Below are positions 38,269 through 46,954 of a DNA stretch of 64,000 nt, in pieces. The stretch lies in NCBI GenBank assembly GCA_037969295.1, contig JBBKXD010000087.1, positions 918-64,917 on the forward strand, written 5' to 3'. The notes under the pieces were generated by a model. The model saw only the letters and a list, made by a program, of their open reading frames with translations, made no database searches and had not been told where the DNA came from. The translations under genes were made by a program, and so were the position numbers. This stretch comes from Pyrinomonadaceae bacterium. Lineage in GTDB: Bacteria > Acidobacteriota > Blastocatellia > Pyrinomonadales > Pyrinomonadaceae. Positions within the stretch are counted from its first letter, which is position 1, and each line of letters opens with the position of its first letter.

Positions 38269-39411
38269 ATGAATACAGAAACTACTAACCAAATAGAAAA
38301 TGGAATTATCGTCGTAACCGGATCAAACGGCAGGATCGGCGATGCGGTTATGCGGCGGTTCGCGGGTCGGTTTGGGGAGGTTGTTGGTTTTGACCGCAAG
38401 GTGGCAAGCCCGCCTCCGCCCGGCTGTAAGTATATTCCCATCGAAATCACTTCGGACGAAAGTGTGCGCGAAGGCTTACGTGTTCTCCGTGAGCATCATG
38501 GATCGCACATAGCATCGGTTGTCCATCTTGCTGCTTATTACGATTTCTTCGGCGAGCCAAGCGAGAAGTATGACGAAATAACTGTGCGCGGAACTGGACG
38601 ATTACTCAATGGCCTGCAGGAGCATGATTTCAAAGTCGAGCAATTCATTTTTTCAAGCACAATGCTGGTCCATCGACCCGCCGAACCGGGAAAGTTTATC
38701 ACCGAAGATTGGCCGATCGAGGCGACCTGGGCTTACCCTGAGTCAAAAGTTCGCACTGAACAGATTATCCACGAAGAGCGCCGCGATATTTCGGCTGTGT
38801 TGTTGAGGATTTCCGGTGTATATGACGATTTATGCCACTCGATCCCGCTCGCCCACCAGATTCAGCGAATCTATGAACGCCAATTCACGAGCCGTGTCTA
38901 TTCCGGCAGCACTTCGCACGGACAGTCGTTTTTACATATGGACGATTTGGTTGAAGCAATTGCGCTAACGGTCGAGGGTCGGGCTCAATTGCCGGCTGAA
39001 ATACCGATTCTGCTCGGCGAGCCGGAAGCACTCAGTTATGATGAACTTCAACACACTTTCGCCCGCCTGATTCACGGAGAAGACTGGGAAACGCTTGAAA
39101 TGCCGGGGGTCCTTGCGCCGCTGTCAAAAGCAGGCGCGTGGGTTATGGAGAAATTGCCGGGTGCTGATCCCTTCATCAAGCCCTGGATGATAGATCGGGC
39201 AAACGACCATTACGCGCTCGACATTACGCGTGCCCGCACCTTACTTGGCTGGGAGCCGGAGCGAAGCTTGCGCGAAACCATTCCGAAAATGGTCGCCGCA
39301 CTCAAAGGCGATCCGCTTAACTTCTATCAAAAGAACGATCTGGAATTAACTTCTGAGTTGGAGGAGCAGGCTGAAAAGAAGGCAGAGGGGGGCAAATCCC
39401 GTGGAGCATGA
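38269..39411 (+). CDS. NAD-dependent epimerase/dehydratase-family (extended SDR) protein
   Basis: VTGSNGRIGDAV Rossmann motif and a YPESK catalytic Tyr-x3-Lys. The start is taken at MNTETTNQ. Confidence 0.8.
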   Translation: MNTETTNQIENGIIVVTGSNGRIGDAVMRRFAGRFGEVVGFDRKVASPPPPGCKYIPIEITSDESVREGLRVLREHHGSHIASVVHLAAYYDFFGEPSEKYDEITVRGTGRLLNGLQEHDFKVEQFIFSSTMLVHRPAEPGKFITEDWPIEATWAYPESKVRTEQIIHEERRDISAVLLRISGVYDDLCHSIPLAHQIQRIYERQFTSRVYSGSTSHGQSFLHMDDLVEAIALTVEGRAQLPAEIPILLGEPEALSYDELQHTFARLIHGEDWETLEMPGVLAPLSKAGAWVMEKLPGADPFIKPWMIDRANDHYALDITRARTLLGWEPERSLRETIPKMVAALKGDPLNFYQKNDLELTSELEEQAEKKAEGGKSRGA

Positions 39412-40876
39412 CCATACAAAGGAAACAATGCAGATGCCGCCGGAGAACAAAGACGCTCCGTCATCGGACGAGAAGTCAATGCAGATGCCGGACGGCACAA
39501 CAATGAAGATGTCCGAGCATGGCGGCATGAAGATTTCCGGTGACAAAACGACGGCATCGGGCCAGACGATGGACCATGAGGCAACGGTATGGCCGCACTT
39601 TGCCAATATGATCTTGGGCGTGTGGCTGATAACGAATGTCTTCGCTCTCGGGTACCGAAGCGGCCCTCTTCAGGTAAGCGACGCCGTGAGCGGGGTGCTG
39701 GTCGTCGTTCTTGCCACCCTTTCGGTGTCCGGAACGGGAGCGATCAAATTCTGGTCTCCGTGGGTGAACTCTCTGGTGGGCGTCTGGCTGTTTTTCGCCC
39801 CACTTGTCTTTTGGGCGCCGACATCCGCCGTCTATTCAAACGACACGCTCATCGGAGCGCTCGTTGTCGTCTTTGCCATTCTCGCACCGGGCATGCCAAT
39901 GGCAAAGGGGATGAGCATGGAGCCGGGGCCGGACGTCCCGCACGGATGGTCCTATAATCCATCGAGCTGGCCGCAGCGGGCGCCGATCATCGCTCTTGCC
40001 CTGGTCGGGTTTTTTCTGTCGCGGCAGATGACCGCTTTCCAGCTTCAACACATCACGTCGTTCGCCGATCCGTTTTTCGGCTTCGGGACGGTCAGCGTTC
40101 TCACATCCGATGTCTCGCGCGCCTTCCCGATACCCGATGCAGGGCTGGGTGCATTCGCCTACATGATCGAATTCCTGATGGGCTTTATGGGCGACAAGGC
40201 GCGTTGGCGGACGATGCCGTGGATGGTCACGTTTTTTGGCATCCTCGTCGTACCGCTCGGGGTCGTTAGCATAACGCTCATTGTTTTGCAGCCGATCGCG
40301 GTCGGAGCCTGGTGCACACCGTGCCTTATTGCCGCATCTGCAATGCTTATTATGATCTCGCTCACGCTCGACGAGGTAGTGGCGATGCTGCAATTCTTAG
40401 TCCAGGCAAACCGCGAAGGACAGCCGCTTTGGAAAGTATTCTGGATGGGCGGCTCTCTAAGAAATCCGCCCGAAATTGACGCCGATAATGTTCGCCCAGA
40501 TGTAGTAAGCCCCGGGGCCATGATCTGGGGAGTGACGCTGCCGTTAAACCTGCTTGCCAGCGCGGCATTGGGAATTTGGCTGATGTTCGCTCCATTCGCG
40601 TTTGGCAGCGTCGGAATGGCCGCCCATAGCGACCATCTAATCGGCGCTTTGATCATAACCGCCGCCGTAATTGCTCTAGCCGACGTGGGTCGCTCCGCTC
40701 GCTTTATCAACGTGCTTTTCGGCGCATGGATAATCGTCGCACCGTGGGTTTTGGGAGGCTCCACGTCCAACTCTACGTGGAACGACCTAATCGTCGGATC
40801 GCTTGTAATCCTTCTAAGTTTTCCGCGAGGTAGGATTGGCGATCAATACGGAAGCTTTGACCGGTACATACGATAG
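39401..40876 (+). CDS. polytopic membrane protein: SPW-repeat-like segments fused around a VKOR-like CxxC core, with a Met-rich N-terminus
   Basis: WSPWVNSLVGVWLFFAP-type SPW repeats at both ends and a central WCTPCLIAASAML. The N-terminal tail is MQMP...MQMPDGTTMKMSEHGGMK. It overlaps the SDR gene by 11 nt. Confidence 0.55.
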   Translation: MEHDHTKETMQMPPENKDAPSSDEKSMQMPDGTTMKMSEHGGMKISGDKTTASGQTMDHEATVWPHFANMILGVWLITNVFALGYRSGPLQVSDAVSGVLVVVLATLSVSGTGAIKFWSPWVNSLVGVWLFFAPLVFWAPTSAVYSNDTLIGALVVVFAILAPGMPMAKGMSMEPGPDVPHGWSYNPSSWPQRAPIIALALVGFFLSRQMTAFQLQHITSFADPFFGFGTVSVLTSDVSRAFPIPDAGLGAFAYMIEFLMGFMGDKARWRTMPWMVTFFGILVVPLGVVSITLIVLQPIAVGAWCTPCLIAASAMLIMISLTLDEVVAMLQFLVQANREGQPLWKVFWMGGSLRNPPEIDADNVRPDVVSPGAMIWGVTLPLNLLASAALGIWLMFAPFAFGSVGMAAHSDHLIGALIITAAVIALADVGRSARFINVLFGAWIIVAPWVLGGSTSNSTWNDLIVGSLVILLSFPRGRIGDQYGSFDRYIR

Positions 40877-40973
40877 CTTCTGCGGGGGCTGGCTCGGGCC
40901 GCTGAAATTTGAAACTTGCTCAATATTCTTGTTTTGCTGATCAATTATGTGACCGGCTGCTCAACAAAAGCTT

Positions 40974-41405
40974 ATGCAACACGATCCAATGATCACAGCA
41001 GTTATTCTAGCGAGAAGGAATGGCGAATCGCTCCATACCGTTCGTCACTATACTCGCATCGGATTGCTCAAACCGATGCGTAACCCTGATAACAATTACA
41101 AGATTTACGACCCGTCCGATGAAATACGTCTTCGATTTATCTGCGCGGTTAAAGGGTTCGGTCTGTCATTGAATGAAATTGCGCTCATTTTGGATGAATC
41201 CCTAACAGGCAAATCGCCGTGTCCCCGGGTTAAAGAAATCATCTCCCGGCGTGTGGAAGAAAACCGCCACAGGATGCAGGAAATAAAACAAACCCAAAAA
41301 CAGATGGAGAAAACTCTCAGCGAGTGGTCTGACCCGAACATCGCCGGACCCGACGGCGATTCTGTAAAGCGTTTCGTTGAATCGCTCGCGAATAGATCGA
41401 ATTAG
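40974..41405 (+). CDS. MerR-family transcriptional regulator (paralogue of 18257-18694)
   Basis: wHTH (RRNGESLHTVRHYTRIGLL) and the same SPCP motif before the dimerisation helix (GKSPCPRVKEIISRR). Confidence 0.85.
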   Translation: MQHDPMITAVILARRNGESLHTVRHYTRIGLLKPMRNPDNNYKIYDPSDEIRLRFICAVKGFGLSLNEIALILDESLTGKSPCPRVKEIISRRVEENRHRMQEIKQTQKQMEKTLSEWSDPNIAGPDGDSVKRFVESLANRSN

Positions 41406-41742
41406 CCAAGCCGTTTTGGAGTTTTGAATCTTTACAGAACGCGAGGAAATTATTTACTATTTGGCGGGTGCTAAATGAGGATCAAATAAATCTCTTTCCT
41501 GGAAAAGACAAATAATCATTCTCATTTCTCTCGTTCATTATCTGGGTCGAGTAGGAGCAGCAGACCCGCAATTGCCGCAATTACACCGACGACGATCCAA
41601 ATCCAAAACCGTGATATTCTCGCGTTAGATCGGAAAACATCAGGAGGGTCATATGTACGATCAAAAAAAACGATACTGTCAAACCTTAAACAATTCCGAC
41701 CAAACGTTTTTTATTCGCCGCCTTTAACCATTTCAAAGTCCT

Positions 41743-43276
41743 TCGATATCAGTGATTCCGGCGGTGTTTTCGGCATATACGAGCGCGTACTCAAGCTCGC
41801 TTTCAGTTTCGGCGTGTATCGTATAAATAGGCTGTCCTGTTTCAACTTTTTGACCAACCGGGGCATGTAATTCCAACCCGGCGGACTGCGCCCGCGGAGC
41901 ACCCGCCCAGCTTTGCTACTTGAGCGAGTTTTCGGTTGTTAATATTCGTTATGATTCCGTCGGCTTGGGCAATGATTGTTTGTGTGAAATCAGCGCGTGT
42001 CGGCTCGCGGAAACCGCCTTGCCTCTCGCAAATGTTCAGGAATTTTTGCCATGCTCTTCCCTCCATCAAGATTTGGGTGGCTATCTGGCGGCCTTGTCCC
42101 TCGGGGATAGTGCGCGACATTTCTATGGTCTTTCCTGCAAGTACCAGTGCCCGTTCGCGTAAGTCTTCGGGTGCCCCCCGCTTCATTCCTGAGAACAGAT
42201 AAAACGTCCCGTGCTTCGAGCGAGGGACCGATACCGCGACCAACCGGCTGAGACCCGTCTGAAATTATCGTGTGAATCTCAAGACCAACGGAACTTCCGA
42301 CCAATGCCAAAAGTTTTCCGAGCGGGCTTGCCGCTTCAAAAGTGCGGTGTCTTGCGGTCGCATCGACCGGAATGTCGATAACCACATGAGTTGAACCGGC
42401 TAACACTTTCTTCGACAGCACCGACGCAACCATTTGACCAACACAATCAAGATCGAGAGCACGTTCGACACGGATCAAATAATCGTCCGCCGGGCTCAAG
42501 TTGAATTCCCTATCCCAAACGATGCAGCCGCCTTCCCTATCTACGACTCTCCGCATCTCCGCCAAGGTAAGATTTACCGGAGCAAGCGTTCCCATGGTGT
42601 CAGCGGTCCCTGCGGGAGAAGTAATCGCTCGCGAAGAAATCTTCGGCATCATAAGACCGTAAGCGGTTACAATCGGCACGACGATCAGACTCGTGCGATT
42701 GCCCGGAAGTCCGCCAAAGGTGTGCTTATCCATGATCGGTGAGCTTCTCCATGAGATCCGCCCACCGTTGTTAATAACTGCCTTGGTTAGATTTATGATT
42801 TCGTCCTGACCCAGGCGATCGCCAGCGCAAGCCGCTAGAAACGCGGCGACATCTAGATCCGAATAGCGCCCCGCGGCTATGTCGCGGATAATTTGTTCGT
42901 AGTCTTCGGGTTCAAGATAGTTTCCGTAAATTTTAGTACGAACTTTGTGAAGCGAAGCGAGCGGTGGCGGATGTGCGAGGTCGACTTTATCGCCTTCTTC
43001 AGCGCCGAGCAATCGCCAGGCGGCCTCCGACAAACCAGCTTCACCCGGCGCAAGCAATCCGTTGTTAACGACATTCAAAGTAGCGACAACGGAGCGTAAG
43101 TTGTTGCGGACCAAAATACGGGACTGAGATTCAAATCCTTCCGAACGACAGACAAAACAATCAGCGCGCATGTAAATTACCGCTTCCTGGTAGGTATCGA
43201 TACCTAGGCGCCTCAGGCGTAACGAATGCCGGCCTCCGCAGCCGCGTAGATCTTCAACTTCAATATTTAGATCCAT
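41743..43276 (-). pseudogene. thymidine-phosphorylase-family protein (~510 aa long form) broken by two 1-nt indels
   Basis: Frame 1 (43276 to ~42190) carries DKHTFGGLPGN and TSPAGTADT. The text continues in frame 2 (APEDLRERALVLAGK...NNRKLAQVAKLGG) and frame 3 (APRAQSAGLELHAPVGQKVETGQPIYTIHAE...*). Both shifts sit in G runs (fwd cccccc near 42175; gcggg near 41905). Confidence 0.75.
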
Positions 43277-43486
43277 AGCTTCAAATCAATAAATTCAGAC
43301 TGTCAGCTCGCACAAAGTCCGATGCGATTTCTCAACCAGTTAATCATTGCCCCGGTCACAGATACCGCATGATCCTTATATTTTTGATGCCATTGATACA
43401 TTCATTGGACTCAAAGTTTTAGGTAGTTGCCTTATTAAGATTGACTCAAGTGCCGTTCGGGTCGGCGGTCTATCATAACTCTGAAC

Positions 43487-43502
43487 TGCAAGCCTCGTGC
43501 CA
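43487..43502 (-). promoter_or_regulatory. sigma54 (-24/-12) promoter, exact consensus, minus strand
   Basis: The minus strand reads TGGCAC-GAGGC-TTGCA. It points at the thymidine-phosphorylase-family gene (start 43276). Confidence 0.7.
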
Positions 43503-43643
43503 TTTCCGAATTTCCCGTTTCTCACGCGATCCAAACTTCGTATTCCAATAAATCGTGTCATATGCCACAACGAACAAGTGATAATCCTCATCCGGCGAGC
43601 AGGATCTCTGATTTCCGGCTAATAAATATCGGCATTTTAGACT

Positions 43644-43659
43644 TGGCACGTTCATTGCA
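43644..43659 (+). promoter_or_regulatory. sigma54 (-24/-12) promoter, exact consensus
   Basis: TGGCAC-GTTCA-TTGCA, 86 nt upstream of the GTG start at 43745 (RBS aggagg). It is divergent from the promoter at 43487-43502. Confidence 0.75.
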
Positions 43660-43744
43660 ATTACAAACTTGCGGTCGTCGCCCAAGTCGAAATTAGGAAG
43701 TGAAAGGCGAATGGCGGCGAACAGATTTTTAGGAGGTAAATACC

Positions 43745-44005
43745 GTGAAAATCAATTCATTGAATTTTGGATTAGCAGGTGCGATCACCGTAGCCGTGGT
43801 GTGGATAATCTGCTCTTTGCTGGTCTGGGTGATGCCGGGGCCAACGATGAGCATGACGGGAGCTATGGTTCATATGGACATGAGCAAGTTCGGCTGGGAG
43901 TTGTCAGCGCTGGGCGTTTTCGGGGGCCTTATTGTCTGGAGCTTGTCGGCGGGAATATTCGCCTGGCTTTTGGCGACAATTTACAACGGGTTGACCAAAA
44001 ATTGA
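43745..44005 (+). CDS. small 2-TM membrane protein, paralogue 3 of 4 (the most divergent DUF5676-like copy)
   Basis: GTG start 8 nt after aggagg. Two TM helices and the ...W.L...G.F.GLIVW......F.WL.A.IYN pattern. Confidence 0.55.
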   Translation: MKINSLNFGLAGAITVAVVWIICSLLVWVMPGPTMSMTGAMVHMDMSKFGWELSALGVFGGLIVWSLSAGIFAWLLATIYNGLTKN

Positions 44006-44104
44006 AACCATAGGCCGAGTCTGTTAATCGAAACGAAAAATAATACTGAGATGATACCGAAACAATCCGATCAGGAAACTTTGATCGAATTGTACACATA
44101 AAAT

Positions 44105-44257
44105 ATGACAACACATAAAGATCCGGTCTGCGGTATGCAGATCGATGAAGAAGATGCCGCCGGGCAATCTGATAACAACGAGCAGATTTTCTATTTTTGT
44201 TCGTTACATTGCAAAGATAAGTTTGATTCTAATCCACAGGATTTCGTCAGCGATTAG
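44105..44257 (+). CDS. YHS/TRASH-domain protein (50 aa, below the ORF-track cutoff)
   Basis: Hand translation gives MTTHKDPVCGMQIDEEDAAGQSDNNEQIFYFCSLHCKDKFDSNPQDFVSD*. Confidence 0.75.
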   Translation: MTTHKDPVCGMQIDEEDAAGQSDNNEQIFYFCSLHCKDKFDSNPQDFVSD

Positions 44258-44303
44258 ACCGATGAATCTTCTGATAATGCAATGATTCGGGTGAGGTAAA
44301 AGA

Positions 44304-44720
44304 ATGAAAGCTCAACAAGTTGGAAAACAGGAATTTGGTTTTAGCCGGACCGTTGATACGCATTTTGACGAAGCAATAGGGCGTGTACGCTTAGCATTGA
44401 AGGCAGAAGGTTTCGGCGTCCTTTCCGAAATACGTTTGGATGAAAAGCTAAAGGAAAAACTCGGCGTAGATTTTCGCCGTTATGTAATTCTCGGCGCGTG
44501 CAATCCGTCGCTTGCCTACAAAACTCTGCAAGAGGACATAAATATTGGACTGCTGCTGCCTTGTAACCTCATTGGCTATGAGGCGGATGACAAGGACAGA
44601 TCGATTGTCGCAGCGGTTGATGCGGAGGCGATGCTTTCGGTTGTCGGGGAAAACGCTGCAATGAATGACGTGGCAAATGAGGTCAACGAGCGATTGCGAA
44701 GGGCAATCGAACAGGTTTGA
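44304..44720 (+). CDS. DUF302-domain protein
   Basis: GFGVLSEIRLDEKLKEKLGVDFRRYVILGACNP...LLPCNL pattern typical of DUF302. Confidence 0.78.
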   Translation: MKAQQVGKQEFGFSRTVDTHFDEAIGRVRLALKAEGFGVLSEIRLDEKLKEKLGVDFRRYVILGACNPSLAYKTLQEDINIGLLLPCNLIGYEADDKDRSIVAAVDAEAMLSVVGENAAMNDVANEVNERLRRAIEQV

Positions 44721-44759
44721 ATTAAAGTTTAGTTGTTCGAATAAAATTAAGAGGTAATT

Positions 44760-45305
44760 ATGAAAAAACAAATGTTGGTGATTTTGACAGTACTTATGGC
44801 GATTCTTTTAGGCGTTGGTTTTGTGGCAGCTCAGGACGCTAAAAAGATGGACAAAGACAAGATGAAGAAGGACATGATGATGGATATGGATGCCATGAAA
44901 AGTGGTCCACATCATTCGGTAATGATGGCCTATAAACAAAACGTCCTTACGTTCGCGAAAACTCTTCGCGATATGTCGAAAGGCGGTAAATTGGCGGATG
45001 TTGACCTGGCCAGAAACGCTTTTGCAGAGATCAAACAGAGTATGGAGAAAATGGAAGCGATTCAACAATCGCATATGACCAAGATGAGTCCGGAAATGCG
45101 GGAAAAGATGAAGCCGATGATGGAGAAAATGCAGGCTGATAAGGTCGCCGTTAAGGAACACGTCTTAGCTCTGGAAAAGGCTTTGCAGGCCGATTCGCCG
45201 GACGCGTTGGAGGTAGAAAAACATGCTACTGCGCTTGTTTCACAACTTGAAAAGATGAGTATGTCGGATAAGAAGAAGGAGATGCCCGACAAAATGAAAA
45301 ATTAA
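44760..45305 (+). CDS. secreted Met/Lys-rich protein of unknown function
   Basis: Signal peptide (LVILTVLMAILLGVGFVAAQ). About 26 Met in 181 aa by hand count, in MxxM/MMM/KM clusters (KKDMMMDMDAMK, MTKMSPEMREKMKPMMEKM). Confidence 0.6.
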   Translation: MKKQMLVILTVLMAILLGVGFVAAQDAKKMDKDKMKKDMMMDMDAMKSGPHHSVMMAYKQNVLTFAKTLRDMSKGGKLADVDLARNAFAEIKQSMEKMEAIQQSHMTKMSPEMREKMKPMMEKMQADKVAVKEHVLALEKALQADSPDALEVEKHATALVSQLEKMSMSDKKKEMPDKMKN

Positions 45306-45354
45306 CATGGAAACATCCCCTCCGTCGTTACGCGTCCACAAACTTTGACGTGCT

Positions 45355-46455
45355 ATGAAATCATGGACTCTGAAATTAGGCAGATTTTTCGGAATCGAAG
45401 TATTTGTCCACTGGACCTTTTGGATCCTGATAATTTGGATCTTCCTGATGCATTTTCAGGCCGGACACGACTTGATTCGGGGTCTGTGGGGAGTTCTATT
45501 TATTTTGGTCCTTTTTCTGTGCGTAGTTTTGCACGAATTTGGGCACGCTCTTACGGCACGGCGGTTTGGGGTTTCGACAAAGGATATCACTCTTTATCCG
45601 ATCGGCGGTATTGCCAGTTTAGAAGGAATGCCAGAAAGGCCCGGGCAGGAATTACTGGTTGGTTTGGCGGGGCCTACCGTCAATCTGGTAATTGCTGCTC
45701 TCCTCTGGGTTTACTTGACATCTTCCGGTCAGATCCCGGATTTGTCGGTAATGGGTGCCACAAATGATATGTCTGAGATCCCATTTTTATGGAGTCTGTT
45801 TTTCGCCAATATCGTTCTTGCGGTTTTTAATCTGATCCCCGCCTTTCCAATGGACGGTGGACGCGTTCTTCGGGCAGTGCTTGCTTTTTCGATGGATAAA
45901 GCAAAAGCAACCCGTATTGCCGCCGGTGTCGGCCAGTTTCTCGCTATTATCTTCGTTTTTCTCGGTTTCTTCTACAACTTCTGGCTTGTTTTTATCGGTC
46001 TGTTTATCTATCTCGGAGCTGGCGGCGAAGCGGCTCAGGAAAAAACCAAGGCGGCTCTCGCCGGCCTGAAGGTGAAAGATGCTCTCATGCGGCGATTTAC
46101 CTTGCTGCGGCCCGAGGACAGTCTTGGCCAGGCCGTGGATGCACTTTTGAATAGTCAGGAAACGGAATTTGTCGTTGCGGACTCTCTCAAACCCGTCGGG
46201 TTACTGGGCAAGAACGAAATAATCAGGGGCTTGTCCGAACGCGGAAAAGAATCCTTGGTTCGGGAGTTTATGACCGAGAATTTCTTTCTCGTGAGTCCGG
46301 AAACGGACTTACAAGATTTTCTTCAACAATCTCTAATTAAAGGCCAAAACACGGCGATTGTGATGGATGGAAACGCGCTTCAAGGCTTGATCGACCGTGA
46401 GAATGTCGAGGAGAAACTGTTAGTTAAGGAAGCCTTGAAAAGGCAAAAGGGATGA
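45355..46455 (+). CDS. site-2 protease (M50) family zinc metalloprotease with a C-terminal CBS pair
   Basis: HEFGHALTARRFG, NLIPAFPMDGGRVL, then two CBS-like modules. Confidence 0.85.
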   Translation: MKSWTLKLGRFFGIEVFVHWTFWILIIWIFLMHFQAGHDLIRGLWGVLFILVLFLCVVLHEFGHALTARRFGVSTKDITLYPIGGIASLEGMPERPGQELLVGLAGPTVNLVIAALLWVYLTSSGQIPDLSVMGATNDMSEIPFLWSLFFANIVLAVFNLIPAFPMDGGRVLRAVLAFSMDKAKATRIAAGVGQFLAIIFVFLGFFYNFWLVFIGLFIYLGAGGEAAQEKTKAALAGLKVKDALMRRFTLLRPEDSLGQAVDALLNSQETEFVVADSLKPVGLLGKNEIIRGLSERGKESLVREFMTENFFLVSPETDLQDFLQQSLIKGQNTAIVMDGNALQGLIDRENVEEKLLVKEALKRQKG

Positions 46456-46535
46456 TCGAAGTTAACGCAAACAGTTAGTTTCAGAAGGTGTTGAAATTAA
46501 TTTATGAGCCGTGTTTCGTCGGCTGAAAAGGAGGA

Positions 46536-46787
46536 ATGATCATGATAGAGCATGGATGGCTTGGCGGCATGCATATGTTTTGGTGGATATTTTGGGTGGT
46601 GGCCATAATTTTGTTTTTCGTGTTTATGGAGGCCGAACCTAAACATAAAGCTCGGAAAAGACGTGAAGCGCCTTTAGATATATTAAAACGACGGTATGCC
46701 GCGGGCGAGTTGACCACGGAAGAGTTTAAGGAACGAAAAGCACATTTGGATGAAGACGGGCTAGACCAAAAATCGGGTCAAATGTGA
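46536..46787 (+). CDS. SHOCT-domain small membrane protein
   Basis: One TM helix followed by DILKRRYAAGELTTEEFKERKAHL. The ATG at 46542 is an equally good start. Confidence 0.7.
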   Translation: MIMIEHGWLGGMHMFWWIFWVVAIILFFVFMEAEPKHKARKRREAPLDILKRRYAAGELTTEEFKERKAHLDEDGLDQKSGQM

Positions 46788-46954
46788 TTCGGAGAAGGTT
46801 CGCCGACCGTGATGAATGCCCTTTCTCATCGGTGCAGGATCTGCTTGTGCCTCTCTACCGAGTTCTGTGAAAACTGAGGCATAGAGTTTTCTATCGGGTA
46901 TCGCTGTGGAAAACAGGGCGAAGCCCCTAGGAATCTCTAAAAGGAGCAAGAACA

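Noticed and set aside
41406-41742. Possible small TM peptide on the minus strand (...RFWIWIVVGVIAAIAGLLLLLDPDNEREK*)
   Set aside because: There is no in-frame ATG/GTG/TTG with an RBS upstream of the hydrophobic stretch, so it cannot be supported as a gene.
46830-46846. CGGTGC-AGGAT-CTGCT upstream of the fourth DUF5676-like gene
   Set aside because: GG-N10-GC spacing is correct, but only about 6 of 11 consensus positions match, which is too weak to call without data.
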